A DNA stretch of 64,000 nt from Vicinamibacterales bacterium (lineage in GTDB: Bacteria > Acidobacteriota > Vicinamibacteria > Vicinamibacterales > UBA2999), in contig JAUXWO010000123.1 of assembly GCA_030680175.1 (NCBI GenBank), positions 68,328-132,327 of the forward strand, given 5' to 3'. Shown piece after piece: positions 9,043 through 18,482 of the stretch (positions within the stretch are counted from its first letter, which is position 1; each line of letters opens with the position of its first letter). Below the pieces are notes generated by a model. It was given only the letters and a program-made list of their open reading frames with translations, was not told where the DNA came from and did no database searches. The translations under genes were made by a program, and so were the position numbers.

Positions 9043-9449
9043 GTCGGCCTCCCTGCAAGAGTTATCGCAATTCCCTTGGGACGCGGACTCGAGCGCGGAG
9101 GATTCGTTGTTCGGGGCGGTATCGCGTTCGTGTTGCTGTAATAGGAGGCCGACGATGCGCGGCGCACGCCGGCAATATTGACGGGCTACGGCACGACGGG
9201 GATCGCGCAGGCTGTTCGGGGGAGCGGGCGCCGGTCGTCAGGTCCGCGCGCGTGTGTGGCACTGCTCGAACGCGGCGAGCAGGTCGCTTTGGCCCAGGGC
9301 CTGTTCAGCACCGCGCGCACACGCGCACGGTGACATCGACATCGGCGGTCAGGCGGGCGACGCTGCAGCGGTAGAACGCGTCTCATCAACCCGGCGAAGC
9401 ACCGCGGGCGGTGAGGCGTCCGGCTCGCACGGCGCGACGCCGGCGGCGC

Positions 9450-10541
9450 TCACCACTTGAGCGACGACCCGGTCTGGTACTCCGTGACGCGCGTCTCGAA
9501 GAAGTTCTTCTCTTTCTTCAGGTCCATCGCCTCGGACATCCACGGAAACGGGTTCGCCGTGTCGGCGAAGAGCGGCGCCAGCCCGAGCTGCGCGCAGCGC
9601 CGGTTCGTGATGGTGTGCATGTAATCCGCGCAGGCCTCCGCATTCAGACCGAGCAGGCCGCGCGGCATGGTGTCGCGACCGTAGGCCACCTCCAGCGCGC
9701 ACGCCTCATGCAGCATCTGCCGTACTTCATCCTGCAACGCCGCGGTCCACAGGTGCGGGTTCTCGGCCTTGATCTGGTTGATGACGTCGATGCCGAAATT
9801 GAGGTGCAGCGACTCGTCGCGCAGGATGTACTGATACTGCTCGGCGATCCCCACCATCTTGTTGCGCCGGCCGAGTGAGAGGATCTGTGCAAAACCCGTG
9901 TAGAACCACATGCCCTCGAACACCACGTAGAAGGCCACCAGATCGCGCAGGAACGATTGGTCGGCCTCGGTGGTGCCGGTGCCGAACTGCGGGTCCGCGA
10001 GGTTCTGCGTGTAGCGCAGCGCCCAGGCGGCCTTGTCGGTGATGGACGGCACTTCCCGGTACATGTTGAAGAGCTCCCCCTCGTCGAGGCCCAGGCTTTC
10101 GCAGATGTACTGGAACGTGTGGGTGTGAATGGCTTCCTCGAAGGCCTGGCGCAACAGGTACTGCCGGCACTCCGGGTTCGTCAGATGCCGGTAGATGGCG
10201 AGGACGATGTTGTTGGCCACGAGGGATTCCGAGGCGGCGAAGAAGCCGAGGTTGCGCTTGACCATCCGGCGCTCGTCGTCTGACAGCCCGCCTGGTGAGC
10301 GCCACAGCGCGATGTCAGCCTGCATCGACACTTCGGTGGGCATCCAGTGGTTGTTGCAGGCGGCGAGATAGCGCTCCCAGGCCCAGCGGTAGCGGAGCGG
10401 CAGCAACTGGTTGACGTCGGCGCGGCAGTTGATCATCGCCTTGTCATCGACACGCGGACGCGTGCCGGTGCGGTCGATGGCGCCGAGGCCGACGACGGCG
10501 CCGTCGGCACTCGAAGGCACGTTCACTGGCACACCTCGCAA
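9450..10541 (-). CDS. nrdB: ribonucleotide reductase beta subunit with class Ic (R2c-like) signatures
   Basis: The R2 ligand motifs are [31 protein letters not shown] and [10 protein letters not shown]. An alternative GTG start at 10526 overlaps the nrdA stop (GTGA). Phe occupies the His+4 position where class Ia has the radical Tyr. Confidence 0.93.
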   Translation of the reverse strand: MRGVPVNVPSSADGAVVGLGAIDRTGTRPRVDDKAMINCRADVNQLLPLRYRWAWERYLAACNNHWMPTEVSMQADIALWRSPGGLSDDERRMVKRNLGFFAASESLVANNIVLAIYRHLTNPECRQYLLRQAFEEAIHTHTFQYICESLGLDEGELFNMYREVPSITDKAAWALRYTQNLADPQFGTGTTEADQSFLRDLVAFYVVFEGMWFYTGFAQILSLGRRNKMVGIAEQYQYILRDESLHLNFGIDVINQIKAENPHLWTAALQDEVRQMLHEACALEVAYGRDTMPRGLLGLNAEACADYMHTITNRRCAQLGLAPLFADTANPFPWMSEAMDLKKEKNFFETRVTEYQTGSSLKW

Positions 10542-13378
10542 TCAGGATCGTCGATGGCGCACGCGGCTGGCGAGGCGCCGCTGCCCACGGCGTTGAGCCT
10601 CGCATCCGGGCCCTTCAGCGTGCTGCGCTCGACGTGTGTGGCCGCCCGTGACCGCAGGTAGTACGTCGTCTTCAGGCCGCTGCGCCACGCGAGGCGATAC
10701 ATGGCGTCGAGCTTCGGCCCATCCGGCCGGTCCACGTAGAGGTTCAGCGACTGCGCCTGGTCGATCCACTTCTGCCGCCGGGCCGCGGCCGCGATCAACC
10801 AGCGCGGTTCGATCTCGAAGGCGGTGGCGTACAGGGCACGCAGTGGAGCCGGTACGCGGTCGATGGCGGCGAGGCTGCCGTCGTAGTACTTCAGGTCGTT
10901 CACCATCACCTCGTCCCACACGCCGGCGGCCTTCAGGTCGGCGACCAGGAACGGATTCGCGACGGTGAAGTTGCCCGACATGTTGGCCTTCACATAGAGG
11001 TTCTGGAAGGTCGGCTCGATGGACTGGCTGACGCCGCAGATATTCGAGATGGTGGCGGTGGGCGCGATGGCCATGACGTTGGAATTGCGCATGCCCGTGG
11101 CCTGCACGCGCGTCCGCAGATCGGCCCAGTCGAGGCGGCCGGCGCCATCGACGTCCACCGCCTCACCTCGTGCGGAGGCCAAGAGCTGAAGAGAGTCGCA
11201 CGGCAGGATGCCGCGGCTCCACAGGGAGCCGGCGAAGCTCTCGTACGCACCCCGCGCGACGGCCAGGTCGGCCGAGGCCTCGACGGCGTGGAAGGCCACC
11301 TGCTCCATGCTCTCGTCGGCGAAGCGCACGGCCGCCTCCGACGCATAGGGCAGCCGCAGCTGGTGCAGCGCATCCTGGAAGCCCATCAGCCCGAGCCCGA
11401 TCGGCCGGTGGCGCCGGTTCGACCGTTCGGCCTGGGGGATGGTGTAGTAGTTGATGTCGATCACGTTATCGAGCATCCGTACGGCCGTCCGGACGGTGTG
11501 CCGCAGCTTGGCGGTGTCGAGTCCGGCCGGTGACACGTGCGCCGCGAGATTCACGGACCCGAGGTTGCACACCGCCACTTCGACGTCCGAGGTATTCAGC
11601 GTAATCTCGGTGCACAGGTTCGACGAGTGGACGACTCCGTCATGCTGCTGCGGCGATCGGGCATTGCAGGCGTCCTTGAACGTGATCCACGGGTGGCCCG
11701 TTTCGAACAGCATCGTCAGCACCCGCCGCCAGAGGTCCACCGCACGCACCCGCTTCCACACGCGCACCTCCCCTCGCTCGGCGGCGGCCTCGGCCGCCTC
11801 GTAGGCCGTGCGGAAGGCCTCGCCGCAGGCCTCGTGCAGGCCCGGCACCTCCTCGGGGGAAAACAGGGTCCACGCGCCGTCAGCCTCGATCCGCTGCATG
11901 AAGAGGTCGGGCACCCAGAGCGCAGTGTGCATGTCGTGCGTGCGCCGCCGGTCGTCGCCCGTGTTCTTGCGCAGGTCGAGGAACTCCTCGACATCGATGT
12001 GCCACGGCTCGAGGTAGGCGCACACGGCACCGGCGCGCTTGCCGCCCTGGTTGACGGCAATGGCCGTGTCGTTGGCGACCTTCAGGAAGGGAACGATGCC
12101 TTGCGACTCGCCGTTGGTGCCCTTGATCCGCGCCCCGAGACCACGGACGCGGGTCCAGTCGTTGCCGAGCCCACCCGCATACTTCGAGAGGAGCGCATTG
12201 TCGCGCACGGCGCCAAAAATGCCGTCGAGGTCGTCGGGCACGGTGGTGAGGAAGCACGAGGACAACTGCGGCCGCCGCGTGCCCGCATTGAAGAGCGTCG
12301 GTGTCGAGCACATGAAGTCGAATGACGACAGCAGGTCGTAGAACTCGATCGCGCGCGACTCGCGATCGGCCTCGCGGATCGCCAGGCCCATGGCCACCCG
12401 CATGAAAAAGGCCTGCGGCAGCTCGAAGCGGGTCTCCTGGCTGTGGAGGACGTAGCGGTCGTAGAGCGTCTGCAGCCCCATGAACTGGAACTGGCGATCG
12501 CGTTCCGGCCGCAGTGCGGCGGCGAGGCGCGTCAGGTCGAAGCGCTCCAGTGCCGGGTCGAGCAGTTCGAGCTCGACGGCGCGCGTGATGTAGGCGGGGA
12601 AGTAGTCAGCGTAGGTTCGTGTCTCGACCGATCCCCCGGCGTCGGGCCTGAAGACGAAGGCATGCGCCTCGCGCCTCAAGCGATCGAGCAGCAGGCGCGC
12701 GGCCACGAAGGTGTAGTTCGGCTCCAGGTCCACGAGCGCGCGCGCGGCCATGATGGTGGCCATCTGCAGCTCGTCCTCGGAGATGCCGTCGTAGATGTTC
12801 CGCCGCGCGTCCGCGAAGATCTGGTCCACCGAGACGTCGGCCAGACCCTCGCAGGCCCCCTCCATCTGGGCCCGCCACGCGGCTTCGTCGAGCGGCGCCA
12901 CCGACTGATCGGCGCGGCACACGTGGAGGGCCGGCGCGGTGGCGGCAGGCGCAGCGACCCGGCGGGCGTCGGCACGCACCTCGCGGTACAGCACGTAGGC
13001 GCGTGCCGACTTGTGGTGCCCGGCGCGCATCAGCGCCAACTCGACGTGGTCCTGGATGTCTTCGATGTGAATGGCCCGGGCCGCATCCGCTCGCCGCGTC
13101 AACGCCTCACATACCGATGTCGCCACACCCTCGGCGATCTCGTGCACACGCGTCGAGTCCGCCGCGTTCGGCCCTTCCACCGCGAGGAACGCCCGCGTAA
13201 TCGCCATGCGGATCTTTGTGGGATCCCAGTCGACGATAGCCCCGGAGCGTTTGATGACACGCAGCGCGGCAACGCCGACTGCGGCGGTCATGAGCGCGGG
13301 CACACCGGCGTCGCCGGTCGATCGAGCAGTCGCGGGAACAGGCATTCGGTCATCCTCCGATATCCGGGCAGGGGACAT
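10523..13378 (-). CDS. nrdA: ribonucleotide-diphosphate reductase alpha subunit (class I, with ATP-cone)
   Basis: 951 aa. The ATP-cone begins [20 protein letters not shown], the active-site region is [10 protein letters not shown], and the C-terminal Cys pair is CEVCQ. An AGGAGGA sequence precedes the ATG at 13378. Confidence 0.95.
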   Translation of the reverse strand: MSPARISEDDRMPVPATARSTGDAGVPALMTAAVGVAALRVIKRSGAIVDWDPTKIRMAITRAFLAVEGPNAADSTRVHEIAEGVATSVCEALTRRADAARAIHIEDIQDHVELALMRAGHHKSARAYVLYREVRADARRVAAPAATAPALHVCRADQSVAPLDEAAWRAQMEGACEGLADVSVDQIFADARRNIYDGISEDELQMATIMAARALVDLEPNYTFVAARLLLDRLRREAHAFVFRPDAGGSVETRTYADYFPAYITRAVELELLDPALERFDLTRLAAALRPERDRQFQFMGLQTLYDRYVLHSQETRFELPQAFFMRVAMGLAIREADRESRAIEFYDLLSSFDFMCSTPTLFNAGTRRPQLSSCFLTTVPDDLDGIFGAVRDNALLSKYAGGLGNDWTRVRGLGARIKGTNGESQGIVPFLKVANDTAIAVNQGGKRAGAVCAYLEPWHIDVEEFLDLRKNTGDDRRRTHDMHTALWVPDLFMQRIEADGAWTLFSPEEVPGLHEACGEAFRTAYEAAEAAAERGEVRVWKRVRAVDLWRRVLTMLFETGHPWITFKDACNARSPQQHDGVVHSSNLCTEITLNTSDVEVAVCNLGSVNLAAHVSPAGLDTAKLRHTVRTAVRMLDNVIDINYYTIPQAERSNRRHRPIGLGLMGFQDALHQLRLPYASEAAVRFADESMEQVAFHAVEASADLAVARGAYESFAGSLWSRGILPCDSLQLLASARGEAVDVDGAGRLDWADLRTRVQATGMRNSNVMAIAPTATISNICGVSQSIEPTFQNLYVKANMSGNFTVANPFLVADLKAAGVWDEVMVNDLKYYDGSLAAIDRVPAPLRALYATAFEIEPRWLIAAAARRQKWIDQAQSLNLYVDRPDGPKLDAMYRLAWRSGLKTTYYLRSRAATHVERSTLKGPDARLNAVGSGASPAACAIDDPDCEVCQ

Positions 13379-13439
13379 GAGGACGCCGAGACGGCGTCGC
13401 CACCAGACACGAATGGGCGGACGCCGGAAGGGCGCACCC

Positions 13440-13660
13440 GGGATCCCCGCCCGGGAACGTAGCAGCGAGTCACGGCAGGTCTCCTGGCTTGCGGGTCGAC
13501 GCCGTAGATCCGCTGGCCTTCCCGATGAGCGTTCTCACCAGTGGCACTCGTGCGCGGATGGCTCGCCGCTTACAGTTGCGGAGTCAGCTCCGGAATTGCC
13601 GCCGAAGGCGGCGCACCGGATTCCCTCTTCGCCCGATCAGGGTGATCGGAAACCGTGAAC
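13440..13660 (-). promoter_or_regulatory. cobalamin (B12) riboswitch in the nrdA leader
   Basis: The minus strand carries the B12 box GCCAGGAGACCTGCCG (13473-13488). Upstream core elements are AGAGGGAATCCGGTGCGCC (about 13612-13630), GCCACTGGTGAGAAC and GGGAAGGCCAGCGG. Downstream hairpins (CCCGGGcggggatCCCGGG and GACGCCgtctcGGCGTC) lie before the SD GGAGGA. A possible -35 TTGACA sits at 13690-13695 (minus), but its -10 is poor. Confidence 0.8.
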
Positions 13661-13811
13661 ACCATATCTAGTGCCAACAGAGCTCTGAATGTCAAGATGT
13701 TGTCAGTCTCGTCGTCTCGATGCCGCTCATATAATCACGACACAGTACGCACCTGCGGAAGGCGCGTCGGCCCCCCCGGCTGCCACACGAGACGCGTTCC
13801 AAGGAGTGACG

Positions 13812-14333
13812 ATGCGGGCACACACGATGACGGCGTTGGCGGCGGGCCTGCTCATGGCCACCGGAGCGTGGGCGCAGCCGCGAGAGGCCTTCGCGATCGG
13901 CGGCCAGCGCGTGGCCGCCGGCGAGCGGCTCGACCTGGACCTCCAGATCCCCGCCGGCACATCGGACCCGGCCACGCGCATCCCCGTGACCGTGTTTCAC
14001 GGCGCGTCCGACGGCCCCGTTCTGGCGCTCACGGCCGGCGTCCATGGCTACGAGTTCCCCCCGATTCTCGCCGCGCAGGCGCTGCTCGATCGCATCGACC
14101 CGGCGCGCCTGCGGGGGACCGTCATCCTCGTCCGGATCGCCAACGTCGAGGCCTTCGAGCAGCGCGTGCCGTACGTGAACCCGTTCGATCGCCAGAACCT
14201 GAACCGCTCGTTCCCCGGCCGGTCCGACGGCACCCCGACCGAGCGCATCGCGTGGGCGCTGACCGGCGCCCCGGCACTCCGGCGCCCCGCGAACGCGTCC
14301 GTTTCCTTTGAGCTCAGCCACGCGGCAAGGTGA
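13812..14333 (+). CDS. succinylglutamate desuccinylase/aspartoacylase (M14-like) family protein, apparently C-terminally truncated
   Basis: AAGGAG precedes the ATG at 13812, followed by the signal peptide MRAHTMTALAAGLLMATGAWAQ. The motifs HGYEFPP and NLNRSFPG..GTPTERIA are typical of the family. The ORF ends after about 173 aa, whereas family members as I recall them are roughly 300 aa or more, and the distal His-ligand region is absent. Confidence 0.5.
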   Translation: MRAHTMTALAAGLLMATGAWAQPREAFAIGGQRVAAGERLDLDLQIPAGTSDPATRIPVTVFHGASDGPVLALTAGVHGYEFPPILAAQALLDRIDPARLRGTVILVRIANVEAFEQRVPYVNPFDRQNLNRSFPGRSDGTPTERIAWALTGAPALRRPANASVSFELSHAAR

Positions 14334-15649
14334 CCGTGCCATCCATGCAGCACATCCCCGACCTGACCAGGCGAGGTCTTCTCGTGGCCGCCGCCACCGG
14401 CGCCGCCGCGCCGTTTCTCCAGCCGCTGACGGCCGCCGCGACCGGCCTTCCCCCGGTGCCGCAGGGCGCACCGGCCGACGCGGCCCGGGATACGGCCTAC
14501 TGGACGCGGGTCCGTGCGGAGTTCGACGTGGACGGCTCCGTCACGAACCTCGAGAACGCCTACTGGGGCATGCTGCCGCGCTCCGTGGAGGCGGCGTACT
14601 TCGACCGGCTGCGGTTCGTGAACCGCCACCACGTGGCGTACGTCCGGAACTGGATCGAGGACCGGAGCTATACCGCCGCCATGGAGGACGTGCGCACGCG
14701 CGTGGCGGCGCTCATCGGCTGCGCCAGCGACGAGGTGGCGCTGGCGCGCAGCGGTACCGAGGCGCTGCAGAACCTGATTGTGAACTACCGGACGCTGTCG
14801 GCCGGCGACGCCGTCATCTACGCCGACCTCGACTATCCCGACATGCAGATGGCGATGGATTCGCTCGTCGAGCGTCGCGGTGTGACCGTCGTCCGCTTCG
14901 CGATCCCCGAGCCGGCCACGCGCGCGAACGTGGTGGACGCGTACGACCGCATCCTCCGCGCCACCCCGCGGGCGAAGCTCCTGCTCGTCACGCATCTGTC
15001 GAACCGCACGGGCCTGGTGCCGCCGGTCGCCGAGATCGCCGCCCTCGCACGCGCGCGAGGGGTGGACGTGATCCTCGATGCGGCGCAGACGGTTGGACAG
15101 ATCGACTTCACCCTCGACGAGCTCGATGTGGACTTCGCCGGCTTCAGCCTTCACAAGTGGGTGGGCGCCCCGCTCGGCACCGCCGGCCTCTACATCAAGG
15201 CGAGCCGGCTGCAGGACATCGCCCCCCACATGGGCAACGGGCCGGAGGACGCCATCGGATCGCGGGTCTTCCCCGGCACGACGAACTTCGCGAGCCTGTT
15301 GACGGTGCCTGACGCGCTGGCGTTCCAGGACGGACTCGGCGGCGTTGCCCGCAAGGAAGCGCGCCTCAAGCACCTGCGGCGCTACTGGGTGGAGCGCGTG
15401 CGCTCCGCGCAGGTCGAGATCCTCACGCCGGAGGACCCGGCGCTCTCCGGCAGCGTGACCTCGTTTCGGATCACGGGCGTCGCCGCGGAGTCGGTCCAGC
15501 AGATCCTCCGCGAGCGTCACGGCGTCCTGACGGTGGCGCGGACGGGGATCGCCAACGGGGATGCGGTCAGGGTGACGCCGGCCCTCTACAACACCGAAGC
15601 CGATCTGGATCGCCTGGTGGAGGGCATCCGGTCGATCGCGGCCGGGTAG
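14330..15649 (+). CDS. class V aminotransferase-fold PLP-dependent enzyme with twin-arginine signal
   Basis: The N-terminus MQHIPDLTRRGLLVAAATGAAAPFL is Tat-type. The PLP-lysine region is FAGFSLHKWVGAP, and the layout resembles isopenicillin-N-epimerase or cysteine desulfurase. The start is either the GTG at 14330 or the ATG at 14345. Confidence 0.8.
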   Translation: MTVPSMQHIPDLTRRGLLVAAATGAAAPFLQPLTAAATGLPPVPQGAPADAARDTAYWTRVRAEFDVDGSVTNLENAYWGMLPRSVEAAYFDRLRFVNRHHVAYVRNWIEDRSYTAAMEDVRTRVAALIGCASDEVALARSGTEALQNLIVNYRTLSAGDAVIYADLDYPDMQMAMDSLVERRGVTVVRFAIPEPATRANVVDAYDRILRATPRAKLLLVTHLSNRTGLVPPVAEIAALARARGVDVILDAAQTVGQIDFTLDELDVDFAGFSLHKWVGAPLGTAGLYIKASRLQDIAPHMGNGPEDAIGSRVFPGTTNFASLLTVPDALAFQDGLGGVARKEARLKHLRRYWVERVRSAQVEILTPEDPALSGSVTSFRITGVAAESVQQILRERHGVLTVARTGIANGDAVRVTPALYNTEADLDRLVEGIRSIAAG

Positions 15650-15780
15650 TCCGGTCGACGCCTTCCGCCGATCGCACGAATGGCGGCCCCGCCGCTCACC
15701 CGGCTGGAACGACCACTGATGGGCTCCCGGCGCCTGCTCATTGGCTGAACCCCACGGGTCCCGGGTCCCCGCTGGATAGA

Positions 15781-17643
15781 ATGATCGGAGTGTCCACCCC
15801 CAACGCCGCGGAGCTCCTCAACCTGGTGGGCTTTGCCACGGGCGCGGCGCTGTACGCCCTCCTCCTCGCGCTCGTGCTCCAGAATGGCCTCTGGGGACCG
15901 GAGTCGGGCGCGCGCGCGGATCCCCTTCCGCTCGCCACGGCGCTCCTCGGTCTTGTGTGGAGCTTCGGTGAGGTGTCGGCCTACCTGCTCCTGCGCGCCG
16001 GTGTTGCCGGTGCCGCGGGCGCGGTCGCCGCACTATCGTTCGCCGCGCTCGGACTGCTGGCGGCGGTGGTCGTCCACTCGGTAGCCCGTGAGCTGGCGCA
16101 CGGGCGCCTGGTCACCGGCGTGGCCTACGCCTGCAGCACCGCCGCCGCCGTGCTGCACCTGCAGACGGCGGTCACCGGACATCAGGCGGCGTCCGGCCTC
16201 GCGTTCCTCCTGCTGACCATCGGCTTCGGCGCGATCCTCATCCCGCTCGCCGCGCTGACCCGCGGCCAGCCCAACGGCCCGCGGGCGCTCTGGATCCTCG
16301 CGCTGGTCGTGTTCGCCGTGTCCGCGAGCCATCTGGGCCGGTTCCACGGCCAGGACAGCCACTGGCTGGCGGAACTGGTCGGGCACCAGGCGGCCATTCC
16401 CCTGGCGTTCGCCATCCTGTATCAGGACTACCGCTTCGCCCTGGCCGACCTTTTCCTGAAGCGCGCGCTCACGCTCCTCGCGCTCGTCGGCATCGCCTTT
16501 GCCGGCTACTCGGCCGTCGTCGCGCTGCCACCGGGAGGCGCGCTGGCCGTCGGCGGGCTCTTGACGCTCTGGGTCGCCACGGCGCTGATCTATCCGCGGC
16601 TGCGCACCGGGATCGCGCGGTTCGTCGACACGGTGCTGCTCGACCGGTCCGACTACGGCGCGCTGCGCACCGCGCTGGCGCAGGACGTGCTGTCCCAGCA
16701 CACGATCGACGGCGTCCTCGACGCCGTGACGGCGCGCCTCAGCCCTGCGCTGAACGCGCGACGCGTCGTCTGGACCGAGCACACGGCCGACGCGGGCGCC
16801 GTGCCGCCCTCCGCCGCGTTCGCGCACGTCCTGACCGTCGAGCGTCCCACCTACCTGCTTCACGTCGGGGATCTGGTGGCCGGCCGTCGCCTGCTGTCCG
16901 ACGACCGCGCCCTCGTCGAGGCCGCCGCCAGCATCGCCGCCCGCCGCATCGATCACCTCCGCCTGACGCACGAGCGCTACGCGCGCCGGCTGCGCGAGGA
17001 GGAGATGCGGAAGCTCGCGGCCGAGGCCGAGCTGCGCGCGTTGCGCGCGCAGCTCAACCCGCACTTCCTCTTCAACGCGCTCACGACGATCGGCTACCTG
17101 ATCGAGACCGCGCCCCCGCGTGCGCTCGAGACGCTCCTGCGGCTGACGGCCCTGCTCCGTGGCGTCCTGCGGTCCGACGGGGAGTTCACGACCCTGGGGC
17201 GCGAGATCGAGCTCGTCGAGCACTATCTGGACATCGAACGGGCGAGGTTCGAGGAGCGGCTGCGCGTGCGCATCGACGTGCCGGAGGCGTTGCGTGTCCT
17301 GCGCGTCCCATCCCTCCTGCTGCAGCCGCTCGTGGAGAACGCCGTGAAGCACGGCATCGCGCCGTGCGGGCTGGGCGGTCAGCTCGACGTCACGGCCACG
17401 CTGTCGGGCGCCGGCGACGGACCGCGCCTCTGTCTGCGTGTGCGCAACACCGGCTCGGCGGCGCCGCGGCCGATCACGGAGGGCGCCGGCGTCGGCCTCA
17501 CCAACGTCCAGCGCCGGCTGGCCGGGCACTTCGGCGACCGGGCCTCGCTCACCCTGACGACGCCGGAGCCCGGCACGTTCGTCGCCGAAATCACGCTGCC
17601 GACGATCGGGACGCCGGCCCACCAGCCGGTGGCCGCGCGATGA
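15781..17643 (+). CDS. LytS/YehU-type membrane sensor histidine kinase
   Basis: The N-terminal half is multi-TM. The His_kinase motif is LRAQLNPHFLFNALTTIGYLI, followed by a HATPase region (LLLQPLVENAVKHG, GAGVGLTNVQRRL). Confidence 0.88.
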   Translation: MIGVSTPNAAELLNLVGFATGAALYALLLALVLQNGLWGPESGARADPLPLATALLGLVWSFGEVSAYLLLRAGVAGAAGAVAALSFAALGLLAAVVVHSVARELAHGRLVTGVAYACSTAAAVLHLQTAVTGHQAASGLAFLLLTIGFGAILIPLAALTRGQPNGPRALWILALVVFAVSASHLGRFHGQDSHWLAELVGHQAAIPLAFAILYQDYRFALADLFLKRALTLLALVGIAFAGYSAVVALPPGGALAVGGLLTLWVATALIYPRLRTGIARFVDTVLLDRSDYGALRTALAQDVLSQHTIDGVLDAVTARLSPALNARRVVWTEHTADAGAVPPSAAFAHVLTVERPTYLLHVGDLVAGRRLLSDDRALVEAAASIAARRIDHLRLTHERYARRLREEEMRKLAAEAELRALRAQLNPHFLFNALTTIGYLIETAPPRALETLLRLTALLRGVLRSDGEFTTLGREIELVEHYLDIERARFEERLRVRIDVPEALRVLRVPSLLLQPLVENAVKHGIAPCGLGGQLDVTATLSGAGDGPRLCLRVRNTGSAAPRPITEGAGVGLTNVQRRLAGHFGDRASLTLTTPEPGTFVAEITLPTIGTPAHQPVAAR

Positions 17644-18422
17644 CATCTGCCCGCCCCCTTCGGGTGGTGGTCGCCGACGACGAACGCCCGGCGCGCCGCT
17701 TCCTCGTGAACCTGCTCAAGGCGATCCCGGACGTGGAGCTGGCCGGTGAAGCCGCCAACGGCCGCGAGGCGCTGGCGCTCATCGAGCAGGTCAGTCCGGA
17801 TCTGGCGCTGCTCGACCTGCAGATGCCCGAACTCGGCGGGATGGATGTCGCCCGCCTCGTGCAGGCGGGCGCGACGCCGTACATCGTCTTCGTGACGGCG
17901 TTCGACGAATTCGCCGTGCAGGCGTTCGAGCTGAACGCGGTGGACTACCTGCTCAAGCCCGTCGAGCACGATCGGCTGGCCGCCACCCTCGAACGCGTGC
18001 GCGGGCGCGCCAGAGCCGACGCGGCGGGCCGCGCGCGGTCCCTGCAGGCCGCCTCGGCCGCCTACGACGCCGCGACGCGCCGCACGTACCTCGAGCGCAT
18101 CCCCGTCCGCCGGCGCGACGACGTGATCATCCTGCCCGTCCGCAACATCGCGTCGATCGTCGCCGAGGGCGAGCTGCTCCATCTGACGACCGTCCAGAAC
18201 GAGCGGTACATCATCACGCACCGGCTGCACGCGCTCGAGGCGCGGCTCGACCCGCGCCGCTTCGTCCGCCTGGGCCGCGGGTCGCTCGCCGCCGTCGACG
18301 CGATCCAGCGCGTCAGCCCGATGCCCGGCGGGACGTGCGAGGTCGTGCTGAGCAACGGGCAGGCGCTGCAGGTGAGCCGCCTCCAGTCGCGGGTGTTGCG
18401 GGAGACGCTGCTGCGACTCTGA
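17640..18422 (+). CDS. LytTR-family response regulator
   Basis: The ATG at 17640 overlaps the kinase stop (ATGA). The REC domain reads LRVVVADDERPARR..LDLQMPELGGMDV, and a C-terminal LytTR-type domain follows (IPVRRRDDVIILPVRNIASIVAEGELLHL). Confidence 0.88.
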   Translation: MTSARPLRVVVADDERPARRFLVNLLKAIPDVELAGEAANGREALALIEQVSPDLALLDLQMPELGGMDVARLVQAGATPYIVFVTAFDEFAVQAFELNAVDYLLKPVEHDRLAATLERVRGRARADAAGRARSLQAASAAYDAATRRTYLERIPVRRRDDVIILPVRNIASIVAEGELLHLTTVQNERYIITHRLHALEARLDPRRFVRLGRGSLAAVDAIQRVSPMPGGTCEVVLSNGQALQVSRLQSRVLRETLLRL

Positions 18423-18482
18423 CCCCGCGTGGCTCGCGGGGGATGGGGCGTCAACCGCGCCTGCGGTTCCGCTAACGGCGGA

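Noticed and set aside
9062-9449. Possible gene or riboswitch in the ~390-nt gap downstream of nrdB. This includes an AGGAGG-ATG at 9155 and a 34-codon Cys-containing minus-strand ORF ending ..LLAAFEQCHTRART
   Set aside because: The SD-ATG opens only an 8-codon ORF. The other ORFs are short or Arg/Pro-rich. I saw no recognisable RNA motif or protein family, so the evidence is insufficient to call anything.
13664-13695. Sigma-70-type promoter for the riboswitch-nrdA transcript (TTGACA at 13690-13695 on the minus strand)
   Set aside because: The only -10-like hexamer (TAGATA) is 19 nt away and lacks the invariant final T. I mention it in the riboswitch evidence but do not call it as a feature.
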